Assembly: GCA_001244265.2 (NCBI GenBank)
Contig: CDLV01000008.1
Location: 62,001 to 126,000, forward strand
Length of the DNA: 64,000 nucleotides
Direction: 5' to 3'
Source of the DNA: Microbotryum violaceum
Taxonomy: Eukaryota
The notes under the pieces were generated by a model, which saw nothing but the letters and a program-made list of their open reading frames with translations, made no database searches and was not told the origin of the DNA. Numbering within the stretch: position 1 is the first letter of the stretch; each line of letters opens with the position of its first letter. The position numbers and the translations under genes were made by a program. Shown in pieces: positions 12,876-24,830 of this stretch.

Positions 12876-15800
12876 CTACTGCCTCGCAGTCTGAGCCGAA
12901 ACGGACTGTCTCGTATACCCCATCCTCGCCTCATACCTCCTCAAATCATCCGCCGTCAACGCGTCCGTCCCCTCCCAACACGCCGAGCTCGTTCTCCTCG
13001 TCAACCGCGTCAGGTTCGCATTCCTGAAGATCTCATGCATCTGTAAAGGCGGGATCGGGCCAAAGATGTCCCTCGGGTTGATCTGTTGTTGCGCGTACAA
13101 TGCCGCGGCTAGGGCAGGCGACTGGGCCCAACCTGGCATCGCGGCAATTTTGACGGCACGGGCTTCTTCGTCGCCGGAATCGGAGTATTCGGAATCGATC
13201 TCGGGAAGTTCTTGGTATGGCTCGGCTTGGGGTGGGGGAGCAACGATCCGAGGGGGTTGAGCTGGGGCGAAGGCCTTCGTAGCGAATTGGGGTGGGGCGA
13301 TCGCTCGAGGTGGGGCACTGCTCGAGGCACCGAGGTTCGAAAGGTTCGGTAACATGTACTTGACGCCAACCATCGAAGATGATGCCGTTGCCGAAGTTGA
13401 CGATGAGGCCCCGGGCATCTGTCGATGGTTCGAAGGTTGCGAAGTACTCAAACCTCCATTCGGTGGTCGAGATTGACTAGAATTGAGGTTCGAAGACGTC
13501 GTCGATGGATAAGGACGCAGAGGTGCACTCGAACCGGGGTACTGCGACGGCTGCGATTGCGACGTCGTCGTCGTCTTCTTCGTCTCCGGTCGTTGCTGCT
13601 TGAGCTTACGTTCCCTCTCCTCTCTCTCCTTCCTCCTCCGTTCCAACTCGTCCCTCCTGACCCTATCCTCCCCCGCCTTCTTCTTCTGCGCCATCTCGGC
13701 GCGCTTGTTCTGCACCTCGAGCTTTTGCGCGTTCTTGCGATCGGCTTCCTCTTGCTGCTTTTGGCGCGCGCGTTCGGCGGCTTGCACGAATTTAGTGTGC
13801 GATGAGACTGAGGCGTTGTTGGTGCCTTTGACGGAACCGTACATCGCCGAACCGGGTCGAGAAGGCGCTTGGGAGGATTGGGACGAAGCGAGCGACGAGT
13901 GCGAGCTCTTCTTTTGCAAAGTTGGTTGACGGATCGACGAAGTGCCCGCATTGTGCGTAGTAGGCTGTGAACATGTACACCTTGTCAGCAAAAGTGAACT
14001 AGACAACACAGCGCAAGTGATTGGGACCTACCTTGAACTTGGTCGGTTGCGAGTACTCCATCGAGCGATCCCCTTCCTCCTCCTCATCCTCCGCTCCAAA
14101 CGTCCCCGGCATGACCGTCTTACTCTGACTCTTCTTCAACGCCCCACCCTCCGCATCCATCGCCACAGCCAACTTGCCCTGTCCTTGACTCAATACCGTC
14201 CTTCCGCGGTTGTACCCCTCTCCATCACTCTCATCATCCGCATCATCATACTCCAACCTAGGGGGGAGTTGCCCCAACAATTCATCATCGTCTTCATCAT
14301 CATGGATCATTTCCTCGTCCTCTTCATCCTCGTACCTTGTTTGCGTCGACTTGCCCATCTCACTCTTTGACGTTTTCACGACAGGCGCGTTCAATCTCGA
14401 CGAAGCGACGTCGTCCATGTCCTTCATCAATGCGGACAGATTCGTCATTTTCGTAGTCGTGGTAGTAGTAGTAGTAGTGGCAGGCTTGTTAGGTGGGGAT
14501 TCCTTGGGCGTCGTACTAATTCGCATCTTGTGCATTGCCATATCCGCCACACGAGCAGGACTCTTGGGTTTCACGGCAGGGGAAGAACGAGTCGTCATCG
14601 TCGTCGTCGTCGTTTTGACGGGTGAGGAGGGAGAGGGAGAGACGATCTTGGCTGCAGCAGCGGCGATCCGAGGCGAGCGAACAAGGGTCGTAGGAACGTT
14701 AGTAGGGGGCGAAGCGATCCTCGAAATCGATTGACCGAACGTCGACGAAGCCATCCCCATCCGAGGTGATTGAGGTGGGGAGATCGTGTTCCCCCTGGCG
14801 GTCGCAGAGCGAGTGACGGGACTCATTGCTCGTCCGAGACGCGAGGGAGAGAGAGGTAGCCTCGAAGCGGTCGAGGTTGAAGTTGGTGAGGTCGTGCGCT
14901 CGAAAGACTTGACTCGATCCATCACCGAGGGTCGTGGGGCCGGCGCAGAAATAGCGGGTACAGAAGCGGGAGCGGGAGCTTGAGTCTGAGCCACGGAAGT
15001 AGCTGGAGCAGAAGGTGCGGTCCCATTGGTGGTCGTCGGCGGCATCGCGGCGACACTGAGCGAGAGGTTATTCGAAAGCGGCTTGTGAACGAACGAGCTC
15101 GAGCCACTGATCCCACTCAGCCTCGACGATGCTCCCGAGACCGTGCTTTGGCGCGACTGCATCTCCCTCATGCGGTTCATCAAGCTGTTCACGCCACTCG
15201 CCGCAGGAGGACTGGTTGCGCTCTCCGCATCCGTTCGCTTGCTGGGTGGGGCCGTGCCATCGTCGTTCATCGACTTGCGCTTCGTAGCACCTGTCGCGGT
15301 CGTTGTCGTCGCGGCAGAAGACAAGACTTGACCAATTGACGAGGCTTGCGAGTTCAAAGACTGTTGCGAGTCTGTCGTCGTCGAGGACGTCGCCCAGTTG
15401 CGCACGAGCCCAAGGCCAAGGCTCTTCTTGGGAATTGAGACGAACTTGAGCGGTTTGGGCGGTCCGTTATTGCCAATCGATTTGCGTGATGCGTTGGACG
15501 CCTGAGGCGAGTTACCGAGACCGAGCGAACCGACTTTGGCGGCCGAGTAGGAGCCGACGCTGTACGAGAAGGTTGAGGCGGCGCCTCCGCCCGGTGTCTG
15601 CGTCGTGCCAGTCGAGGGAGGAGGGTGGAACGAAGAGGTGGACGAGGCCAAAGGAGTAGCCGTGGCGTTGCGCAAGGACGAAGGCGCATCGTTGAGGGGC
15701 ACGGCCGTGTCGGCATCGGCTTCCTCGGCGATCGATGATGCCGAAGACGAGACGACCCTCTGGGAGCCTTGTGATATGCCAGCGGACAGACGAGGCCCAG

Positions 15801-16843
15801 GCGCCTGCGACAAAGTTTCGGTGGAGACGATTGACCCTGGGTAGTGGGAAAAAGCAGTTCGGTACGATTCGGATCGATGATCGTCCTCGAGTTCCTCTTC
15901 TTCCTCGCCAATCATCGAAAGCTCTGCATTCGCCGCTGCGTCCAGAGCCGCGGTGGCGTCCTCTTGGTCATCGAGGTGGGCTTCTGACTCCAAGGGAATG
16001 TCATCCTCGTCCATGGCAGCGGCGGCAGCGATGGCATCGAATACAACGTCATCTTCATCTTGCATCGCGTACGACTTGCTCGATGACAGCACCGGGGTGG
16101 CCGGCTCGGCTGTAGCCTTGGATGCAGATTTAGACTTTGATGACGCTGAGGCAGTCTTGCTTGGCCGGGCGGGCGAGTCAATGTCCATGGCAATGTCGAT
16201 GGCCATCTTGCCCGCTGAAGTAGGTGGCGACATGGCCGAAATGGCGGACAAGGTCCTGACGGCCTGGGCCGACTTGAAAGCCGGGCGAGGGGAAGCGGTG
16301 CGCAGCGGGCTCTTGGCCTGGGCGATTCTCGACGGTGGTGCGGCGGAACCACCGGGTGAGCCTCGGGGCGATCCAAGTGGGGATCGTGGTGCGGGTGACA
16401 AACAGAGCGAATTCTCCTTGCCTCCTTGGTGCAGGAAACGGGGCTGGGCGGCGTTGGGGAAGAGTAAGGTCGCGACGGGGTCCTTCGTTGAGTGACGGGC
16501 CGCGGAGCCTAGCAATTGTTGGTTGTTCTGCTGCAGCGCCGAGCCATGGTTCGCGGCGGTGCGTTTCCTTCCCGGCGTCTTCATCAACTCGGACATGGCA
16601 GGCCTGTGTGAGACTCCGAGTTAGTTATAGATGTCTCGTTCGACGATCGTGACGCGCCAGGGAGGGGACTGGACTGACTTTATGCCCTGATGCGCGGCCT
16701 GGGTGTGGGCCAACTGCACCGATTCGAGAAAGCCTTCGAGCCACCTGTGACTGTCGATGACATCCTGTTGGTGGTCTTGCCAAGTTGAAAGAGCGAGTTT
16801 GCGGAGTGTATGTCGTACGTCGTGAACTTGGTCGTGATCATGA

Positions 16844-16875
<32 letters not shown>

Positions 16876-16992
16876 ATGGTCGTTGTGGTGGTCGTGGTGC
16901 GGCTCATTGACGTGACTCGGGGGCGCGGTGGCGGCGACTGTTGAATGATCCACCGCCATCGACGACGTCGCCAGCCTCGACGAGGGAGCCAT
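12876..16992 (-). CDS. Inner centromere protein (INCENP/Pic1/Sli15-like), chromosomal passenger complex
   Basis: C-terminal IN-box ELPEIDSEYSDS...PGWAQSPALAAALYAQQQINPRDIFGPIPPLQMHEIF...RRTSSACWEGTDALT. Charged single-helix region, ELMKTPGRKR near the N-terminus and a long Ser/Pro-rich middle. Confidence 0.9.
16831..16900 (-). repeat. Coding (GACCAC)n-type hexamer repeat encoding a His/Asp tract
   Basis: Plus strand reads gtcgtg-like units repeatedly. The protein reads HHDHHNDHHDHDHDHDHDHHDHD. Confidence 0.9.
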
Positions 16993-17421
16993 GGCGTAGG
17001 GGGGACGGAAACCAGGGGAAGGAAGGACCCGAAAGGAACCAAACACGACCTTGATGTCGGGTTGTCGGTGTGGGCGAGTGGGTGAATGCGCCGAATGACA
17101 CGGGCCTGGGTCGATGAGGGGGAGTCAGGAGAGCCCAGCCCGGCACCGCGACACGCGCGCAATACCGCCGGTTTTGAGCTCGGACCCACGGCAGTCGGAC
17201 TCCTGCCTCGGCGAATCGCGATGGATTACTGGGTTATGACAGCGAAATATTTAAGACTTCAAGCGAATATTGGAGCCAAATCTCGGTAAAGTGTATAGTT
17301 CGGGGATAATTCCAGACCGTCTCTACACCCATTCTCCAGTCCCAGGGTGTCGGCGCCGGCCGGCCACCGAATCCCCCGAGAAAGCCTGCGCGAGTGAAGC
17401 GTGTCGACTCCTGACTCGCAA

Positions 17422-19001
17422 ATGTCGTCTGCCTCTCGCTTCTCCCCCGCTCCACTTCTGTCGTCGCTGGCTGCATACCAACCGGCTCTACACCCTCATA
17501 CCATGGCCACCCGTGCAATCCCAGCCTCCTTCTGGCGGGGCGGCACCTCCCGCGGGCTCATCTTCCGCGCCTCGACCCTCGCCGCGTTCCCACCTGCGAT
17601 CCGCGAACAAATCATCTACACCGCCATGGGCTCCCCCGATCCTGGAGGACGTCAAATCTCCGGCCTCGGTGGAGGGGTCTCATCCTTGTCCAAGGCGTGC
17701 GTTTTGGGGTTACCTGGAGAAGGCCTTGAGGATCAGAATGCACAGGGCAGGTTGCCGGGCCCGACTTGGGCTGATGATGGGCATCGGAAAGGAATGGGGC
17801 AGTGGGATGTAGTCTATCGATTTGCTCAAGTCGGGGTCCGAGAAGCTGTGCTGGATTGGTGAGTGCAACCGCTTGGTTCTCACGTTGGACCCCCGCGCTG
17901 GGACAGGTCACGTGCTCCTACCCCACAAGCTGAGCAAAATCTTCTCCCCACATTCTCCTAGGACGGCAACGTGCGGCAACATGCTGTCGGCCGTAGCCGT
18001 GTCAGCCGTATCATCCTCCATCATACCTTACTCGACCCTATTCGCCCGAGCAAGATCCCTACCCCGGCCCGAGCCAGGCGAGCCTCTGCTCCTTCCCATC
18101 TCGATTCTCTCCGCTGCGAACGGCATTGTCATGCGAGTCCGAGTCCCTCTCGATCCGTATACGCTGCAAATCTGGCATCCAGAACCAGGAAAGGGGGTCA
18201 AGATTGCTGGAGTCCCCGAGGAGGTTGCGGCGATCGAGTGCGAGATGCCGATTGAACCGAGTCAAGATGGCGCTAATGGGTCCGGGTTGGTCACGGGTCG
18301 AGTGACGGATACCATCTGCATTGACGGCAAAGAGGTACGAAAGGAAAACCCCGCCTTCTGAAACCATCCCTTATGCGCTGAAAGCAGGCCGTTATTTTCC
18401 CCTGGTACAGATCACAGCCTCACTCGTCTCGTCAGGGCTGCCCAACATTTTCCTTCCCATCTCCCAACTCCCCCAACTCGACCCTACAATCTCGCCCTCC
18501 CTCTTATCAGCCTCTGCAACCGACCTAACATCCCACTCAACCCTCTCAACTCTTCTCGAACGAATCCGGACCACCTACGCCGAGATGTACTCGATCCCTC
18601 TCTCCCTCGCCTCCCCCAAAATAACACTCATCGGGCACATCCCAACCTCGAACTACCAAACCTCCTCCAACATGACCATCAAGCCCTCCGATGCGGACCT
18701 CCTGGTACGAGCAGTCTCATCAGGTGATTTCCACGCTACCATCCCAGGCACGACATTAGGGGCTTTGAACATCGCTCTAGGACACAAAGGGACGATGGTC
18801 CATTCGCTTGTTGGGGAGGAGAGAGCTCTAAAGGATGGCGTCGTCGAAGTCAAGGCTGCGCATGCGGCCGGGGTCGCCGAGGCCAAGGTTAGGTTCGAGG
18901 AGGGGAGACCGAGTAGTGTAGTTATGGTCAGGACGGCGAGGGAGATTATGAGAGGGGAGGTGTTGGTGCCTGAACGGGTCTTTGCGGCGCTGGAACGATG
19001 A
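17422..19001 (+). CDS. PrpF/AcnD-accessory (aconitate/methylitaconate delta-isomerase-like) family protein
   Basis: Motifs FWRGGTSRGLIF, MGSPDPGGRQISGLGGGVSSLSK, TCGNMLSAV (candidate catalytic Cys), GDFHATIPGT and RTAREIMRGEV. Alternative start ATG at 17503. Confidence 0.88.
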
Positions 19002-20021
19002 ATCACAAGTTCTTCGTATCTGATTCTTGGGCGATTGCAACCACAAAACATCTAGTGGTGTTCGAACATGAAGGCGGGGATGAGATCTTCTACGCGGAGA
19101 TGTGCAATCAAACGTCACACGAGAACGAGATGATCAGAATCCATCAATGACCAAACCACTGCCTGTGGGGCCGGTCCGCCCAGGCCTCTGAGAAATCTTT
19201 GGAATTACCGAGCAATTCCTAGTTCACAGCATCATCCATTTCAAGGCCCTGAGGCTTGGAAGCATCCTCCGTCAGCAGATAAATGTTCTGATAGATCGAA
19301 CACACGATTCTCGAAGTGGTCTCCCCGAGAAGAAGAAGCAAACACCTTCGAGAGGTCCTCGTCATTCGAGCCACTCCGCTACCCTCCCTCCCCGGCTTCT
19401 CTTTCCCTTCACCGCCTCAATCCCTCGGTCAGCGGCTCTTAGTGACTCGCGCTTCTCTCTCGTCCGGCCATTCCTCCGTCCGAACCCCGCCTTGCTTTAC
19501 CCACCATTGCTCGTCGTTTTCCGAGTCTCCGAAGCGCAAAAGTGAAGCCTGGCGCGTTCATACGCACCTGCTCTTCCGACCGTGAGCCACCTCTGGCAGC
19601 TGCGTCCGTTTTTGCCGTCTGGCCCGGTCATCCGTGTGAATTTCTGCCGGATGTGTTACCTTTGACAGGTGATCCTTGAGACAGCAAAGTACTGAATCTA
19701 CCCGGAAGCGCTTTATCGAATGAAATAGCTGCCGAACCCGCTGTCGTTGACTAGATCAATCATCGCCGGCGGAGGTGACTTCAAGTCGCCGAGGCGCCTG
19801 ATTTTTGCCGCCGCTGCCGCCACCTCATCCACCGACGGAAGGGACTCTTTGTCGAGGCGCCTAAGCCCAGATATTTCTGCCTCTTTAACCGCCGTTGGCC
19901 TTGACATTTGCAAATGATGACTCCGACCGTGGGACCCCGAGTACCATGCAGCCTGGCAAAATGCAACTCTTCGCAGCCCTTCATTCTTCACACTCCGCCC
20001 TTCAACCAGTCAGCCCACGAC

Positions 20022-21300
20022 ATGTTTGTCCCTCACAACTCCTACGCTTGGAGAGTTCCCCGACTCCCATCTATCCTCGCAGACGCTCAGACAGAACGTT
20101 TCGGCATTTTGCCCGGCGGTGAGCCCCGCAATGGGTACATCCTGCACCTTGACGGAACTGGCCTGTTCTATTTGGAGATACCTGGTCGAGAAGGCTTGAA
20201 CAGTAAGAAACGCAAATCTTTCGATCATGCTCTGAAAACTCGTTGGCTCAAGCACGCTACCTGCGCAATTTGGTCCCCCGATCGCTCCATCTGTTATCAC
20301 CGACACAACTTTGTCACTCTCGACACGTTGCACTTGTTCTGGAGGATGCCAAATTTGGACCAGAGACATCATAGTCAAGTTGGTTCCGATCTATGGCCTC
20401 CCCTCACATTCGATGTCGTGGTCCATCTTGACCAACAACACATGGAAGCCGAAGAGAAGCAGCTGGTGTGCATGCGCAAGATCGTCGAACTTGAGGCAGT
20501 AATCGCAGACGTTCGCATCGAGACCGACCGCAACGAATGCCAGACAAGCGATCAAAATGCGATACAATCGATGCAAGTGAAAACTCTCAGACGCAACCAA
20601 GGTGAGGCATAAGCGTGTAAGAGTTTCTCACTCGATTTTCCCGAACTTACTGCAGCAGCGGGCGCCATCTCTCTGGGCAGAGCTCTTCTTGACCGCCCAT
20701 CCCTTCGACGTTCGCTTCGAGTTTGGCTCCGTCGGAGACCTGTGGGAGAACTCGGAGTTCCTAGCCTCGCAATCGTCCTACTTTGCCGACCTCTTTGCCG
20801 CCGGATTCTCGGAAAGTGCGACGAAGTCCCTCGAGCCCGAGCGCTGCAGCATCCCAACGCGTACGGTCCACGTGACCGAGGGACGCCTGGAGGAATACCG
20901 TGCCGTGTTCGTATGGCTCCGTACCGGCCTCGTCCAATTCGATGATTCACCGGAAGGCTCGCACGACGAAGCCGCTGTGCAAGGCCCGAACCCCAGTCAA
21001 GCGTCATCCATCTACTCGCTCGCTCACTTCCTCCAGATCCCAGAGCTCTCGGCCCTTGCCTTGAAGTTTTGTCTGGAACATCTGGCTCCTGCTAAGGTCG
21101 CGGAGGAGCTGGTTCGAGAGTGGTGCTACCTCTACAAAGAGGTTCGGCAAGAAATGATCGAGTACGCCGTTCGCAACTGGTCCAAGGTCAAGACGTCTCC
21201 TGGCATGAAGGATCTATGCAAGACGATTGGAAGTGACGACTTGCCGCTCGAGACGCAGAGCGTCCTTCTCGAATTGATGGCCAAAGTGTCAATCATATGA
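20022..21300 (+). CDS. BTB/POZ domain protein with uncharacterised N-terminal domain (paralog 1)
   Basis: Exon 2 reads AHPFDVRFEF...LWENSEFLASQSSYFADLFAAGFSES...EYRAVFVWLRTG...SIYSLAHFLQI. One intron near 20602-20655. Confidence 0.75.
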
Positions 21301-21463
21301 TTTTACTAGCATTCAACTCCGAGCCGGGTATCTTTTGTAAGGTGATTGCGCAGGCTCTCTTTCTCGTTGGAGTCATGGATTCGAAAGAAACTTTTACGCA
21401 CAGAAGGAAATTCGAATCTCACTGCAAAACATCTCGAAAATTCGCGTTGAGTTGGTGCATCCT

Positions 21464-22154
21464 CGTGCGCGGCCACTTCGTCGCGAGTTCTTTCTGAACT
21501 TTCTGAATCAATCAAGCCTCCATACTCGAAATTGCAGTGCAGTATACAGAGCGTGGACAGAGTGCAAACCGTGCGCGGCCACTTCGTCGCGAGTTCTTTC
21601 TGAACTTCCAGAATCGATCAAGCCTCCATACCCGAGAGAAGACGATGAGAGTCAGTACAAGTGTTTTCTAAAAATGATGAGGATAAGGTAACGGTTGCCG
21701 AAAGTTGATTTGAAATTAAAAAGAATGAGGAAGTAACAATTAAATATCTAGACAATGTTGGGCGAGAGAAAAATTCACGATAATGTGGCATATCCCGTGT
21801 TTGAATTTAGTGTTATTTTTGTCAATACCAGATCATTAGCAGACAAAAAAGAGAAAATAAATAAAAATAAATAAAAATGGGCGAAGAAAAGGGAAAGGCG
21901 AGTAATAGACTTGCTGTTTTTTTATTTTATTTTATTTTTTTGCGCTTTTTATAAAAAAATAAAAATAAAATAAGCGCGCTGTTGTTTTTAAGAAAAACAG
22001 ACAAAAAAGAGAAAAGTTAAGCGAGCCGTTTTATTAGAACCCATTTTATCTACTAATTCATAACGTAATAAATATTCAACAATTACTATTTGCTATTGTA
22101 TTTACAGGACTGCAAATTGTAGTGCAGTATACAGAGCGTGGACATATTGCAAAC
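21464..22154. repeat. 106-bp tandem duplication interrupted by a ~480-bp AT-rich insert
   Basis: Unit A at 21464-21529 recurs at 21570-21635. Unit B at 21529-21570 recurs at 22114-22154. The A/T-rich tract lies at 21636-22113. Confidence 0.85.
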
Positions 22155-22339
22155 GTTCAGTGCGTGTACGGTGGTAAGGAGCGCACGTCCGGACCTAATT
22201 GAACATGCCTAAGAAATTGGAGGCAAGAATGCGAGAGGGCGCTGAAGAACGGGACAGGAAAAGAGTTCGGCAGGGGTCAAAATTGACCGTGCGGGTACAT
22301 GTCGCAATTCATAGCGTCTGTCGTCGCTCCTGTGCCGGT

Positions 22340-24830
22340 TCAGGCCCGAGCACAGGAATAGTATGCGTCGCTCATCGCTTCTACGGTTGTCCCGAGCCCT
22401 CTTCGCCGGTCAGTCCCTTGCGCCAGCCTTCGGACTCGGCGTTGGATCGCTGCAACCGCCGTCTCGGTCCTTATCCGTCGCGCATCAAGCTTGGGCAAAC
22501 GTCGCGTCATATACTCGACCAGATCTGCGAGCGCAGGATGTGTGAGACCGATCGAAGCGAAGAGAAGATCTCGGCTCTTGAATGCGAAATTGGGCTCTCC
22601 GGCCCACAAAGCGTCCCGGCGCAGAAAAAGAACCGGGCGATTGCGATCTCTAGCCGGATCGGGTTGGAGGAGCAATTCGGACCAAATGCCTTCTCCGGCT
22701 GGCGCAATCAGCTGTCCTAGCACAAGCAAGCACCAATAAATCGACGACTCGAGCGCGTGCGAGAGATCATAGTTGGGCGGGTCATCACCCGTCACGAACA
22801 TGTTCCACCTCAGCACATTCAGAGGGGCCGTCCAGGGCGTCATCCACAGGTCGTCGTCTTCGTCAATCTTTGCGCCGAACACCACTTCGCCTGGCCGTGC
22901 AGCCACGCCGCCGCCCCAGCCCGTCAGAACAAGGTGGCCCTCGTAGTGAAGAATGTTGTCGAGAGCCAAATTCCGATGGTAGAAACCGCAACGGTGAAGA
23001 GCCACCAAGACGGTCAGAAGTTGATCAAAAACGTGGAGCACGTGCTCAAGCGGCGCGGGTGAGTCGAGAGACATGCCGGGCGCACTGGCGAGAATTCTGG
23101 GCACTGGGGTCGGGTTGCGCAAGATGAGCAGATCAAGTGTACGTCGGATCCCTTTGATACTGAGCATGGGGTCACGAGCGTACCCACGCCTATCGGTCGC
23201 TATCCTTCTGGGCAGCAGGTAGTCGTCGACCTGAGAGCGATGTGGGCGCAGAGACGCCGCGACCTCCAGCATTGCGAGAGGGTTGACGGTCTCCGACGGG
23301 AGAACACCCGAGTCATGCGCAAGATTGATCGATTGGAGCATCTCCGCTTCGCCTCCAACAAAGTTCGGCGAGACGTGCTGCATTTGCAGTACGAATGAGT
23401 GGCCGCCAGTTTCCCCCTCGGATTCGTGGAGGCTCGGGCGAGTCAAGCGAAAGACGGTCGTGCACGGCCCAAAAACAGAGTTGCTGTCCGAAGTCGAGCT
23501 CGATTGGCTCCTCGTCCTCGAATGCGACCGTGTGCCCTACCAGCCTTGTCCGGGTCTCTACTGGCTGCTGGTCGTGATTGTCGTGTTGTGAGCTCGATTG
23601 AGACACAGCGCTGAGCAACGAGACCGCGGTGACGCCCCCTCTGAGCGGGAATTTGTAGCGAAGGAAGGGTGCGAACCCGGCCGAGTAAACGTCCAGGTCC
23701 AAGAGAATGGACAGCGTCGCCGAAAGCTTGCCATAGCCGCTGCCCCAGCAGTCCGAAATGACCGCTATCCGACACCCGTCGTGGTCGAGGACGACCAAGT
23801 GCGCATCGTGTTCGTTCACAGCCAAACCGGGAGCAGATAAGCGGCTCGGTCGGGGAAGAACGTGGTCGTGCAGATCGAGGATCAAATTGACGAGCTGGGG
23901 CGCACGCTTCACGTAGTCGCGGTCACGTTCACCACGAGGTGTTGGGTTGGACAGACCGAATGAGAACGGCACCAACACACGCTCCCACGGAACTTGACTC
24001 TTGTCAATCTTGGTCCAGTCGCAGGCCAGGAAATGCATGCAGTGCTTTGAACTCAGGTCTTGCTCCTCAGCATCCGAGTACTCTGAGCACATGCCTAACT
24101 GTCGAATTTAACAACGTGGCGGGGGGGCTCGCTCGGCTGCGGCGACAGCGAGCTTGAACTTTGGACGACCGCGCCTTCCATTCGCGGGCTCCTGAGCCTG
24201 TGGGCGCGGATTGAGCGCGTCGAGATGGGTCAGGGCCCGAGTCAGGCGGGGTGATATTTTGGCGTGATCAGTGGAAATCGACGCACCTTTCGTGCCACGC
24301 CCTGCACCCAGCTGCGAGCGCCCGTCGCCATTACAAGCTTATGTTCCTCCTTCAGACGATCTCGGTGAAGGTCTCGCGTGGCTTTGTTCTGGCCAGGCCG
24401 GATCACTTTCGCTAATGTCTGGGCACGCTGGGCCATACTGACAAAATGTGTTTGCTGACTTCTTGCACCAAGGCCGAGGTCGCACGAATCACTACACGCG
24501 GGATGACACCCTTTTCGAGCACCCAGTGCTCCTCCACAGCTTCGTTGTCGGGGCCGAATTGAAGAACCCCGTCCTGTAGCGCTGCGATGATCGGTGAGAC
24601 TGCTGAAGAATCCGAAGACCGTGTGGTTGATCCAAGGGCAGAGGACGTTGACCGTAGTATCGAGGGCCGAGACGACTTTGACGATGTCGACGATGGCCAT
24701 ATCGACTGGGAGGGTGATGATAAGGGCCATGACGACTGTGACGACTGTGGAAACTTCGACAGCTTTGACTTCGACGACGAGTCTGATGTTGATGACGATG
24801 TCGACGACGGTGAGGGCGTGCGCTGCTCAC
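22340..24830 (-). pseudogene. Degenerate fungal-type (FunK1-like) protein kinase gene
   Basis: Kinase-like motifs SVFGPCTTVF, LHRCGFYHRNLALDNIL, LVLTGWG and HALES. Frame switch between ORFs 23313-24092 and 22340-23446. The upstream Ser-rich frame ends at TAG 24412-24414. Confidence 0.65.

Noticed and set aside
7691..19001. Possible secondary-metabolite cluster (sulfotransferase-like, OYE, PrpF)
   Set aside because: The genes are interspersed with housekeeping genes (Shg1-like, INCENP), and there is no backbone synthase, regulator or transporter.
21464..21635. Repeat-spacer-repeat pattern resembling a CRISPR array
   Set aside because: There are only two 66-bp copies, the spacer itself recurs downstream, the context is eukaryotic and no cas genes are present.
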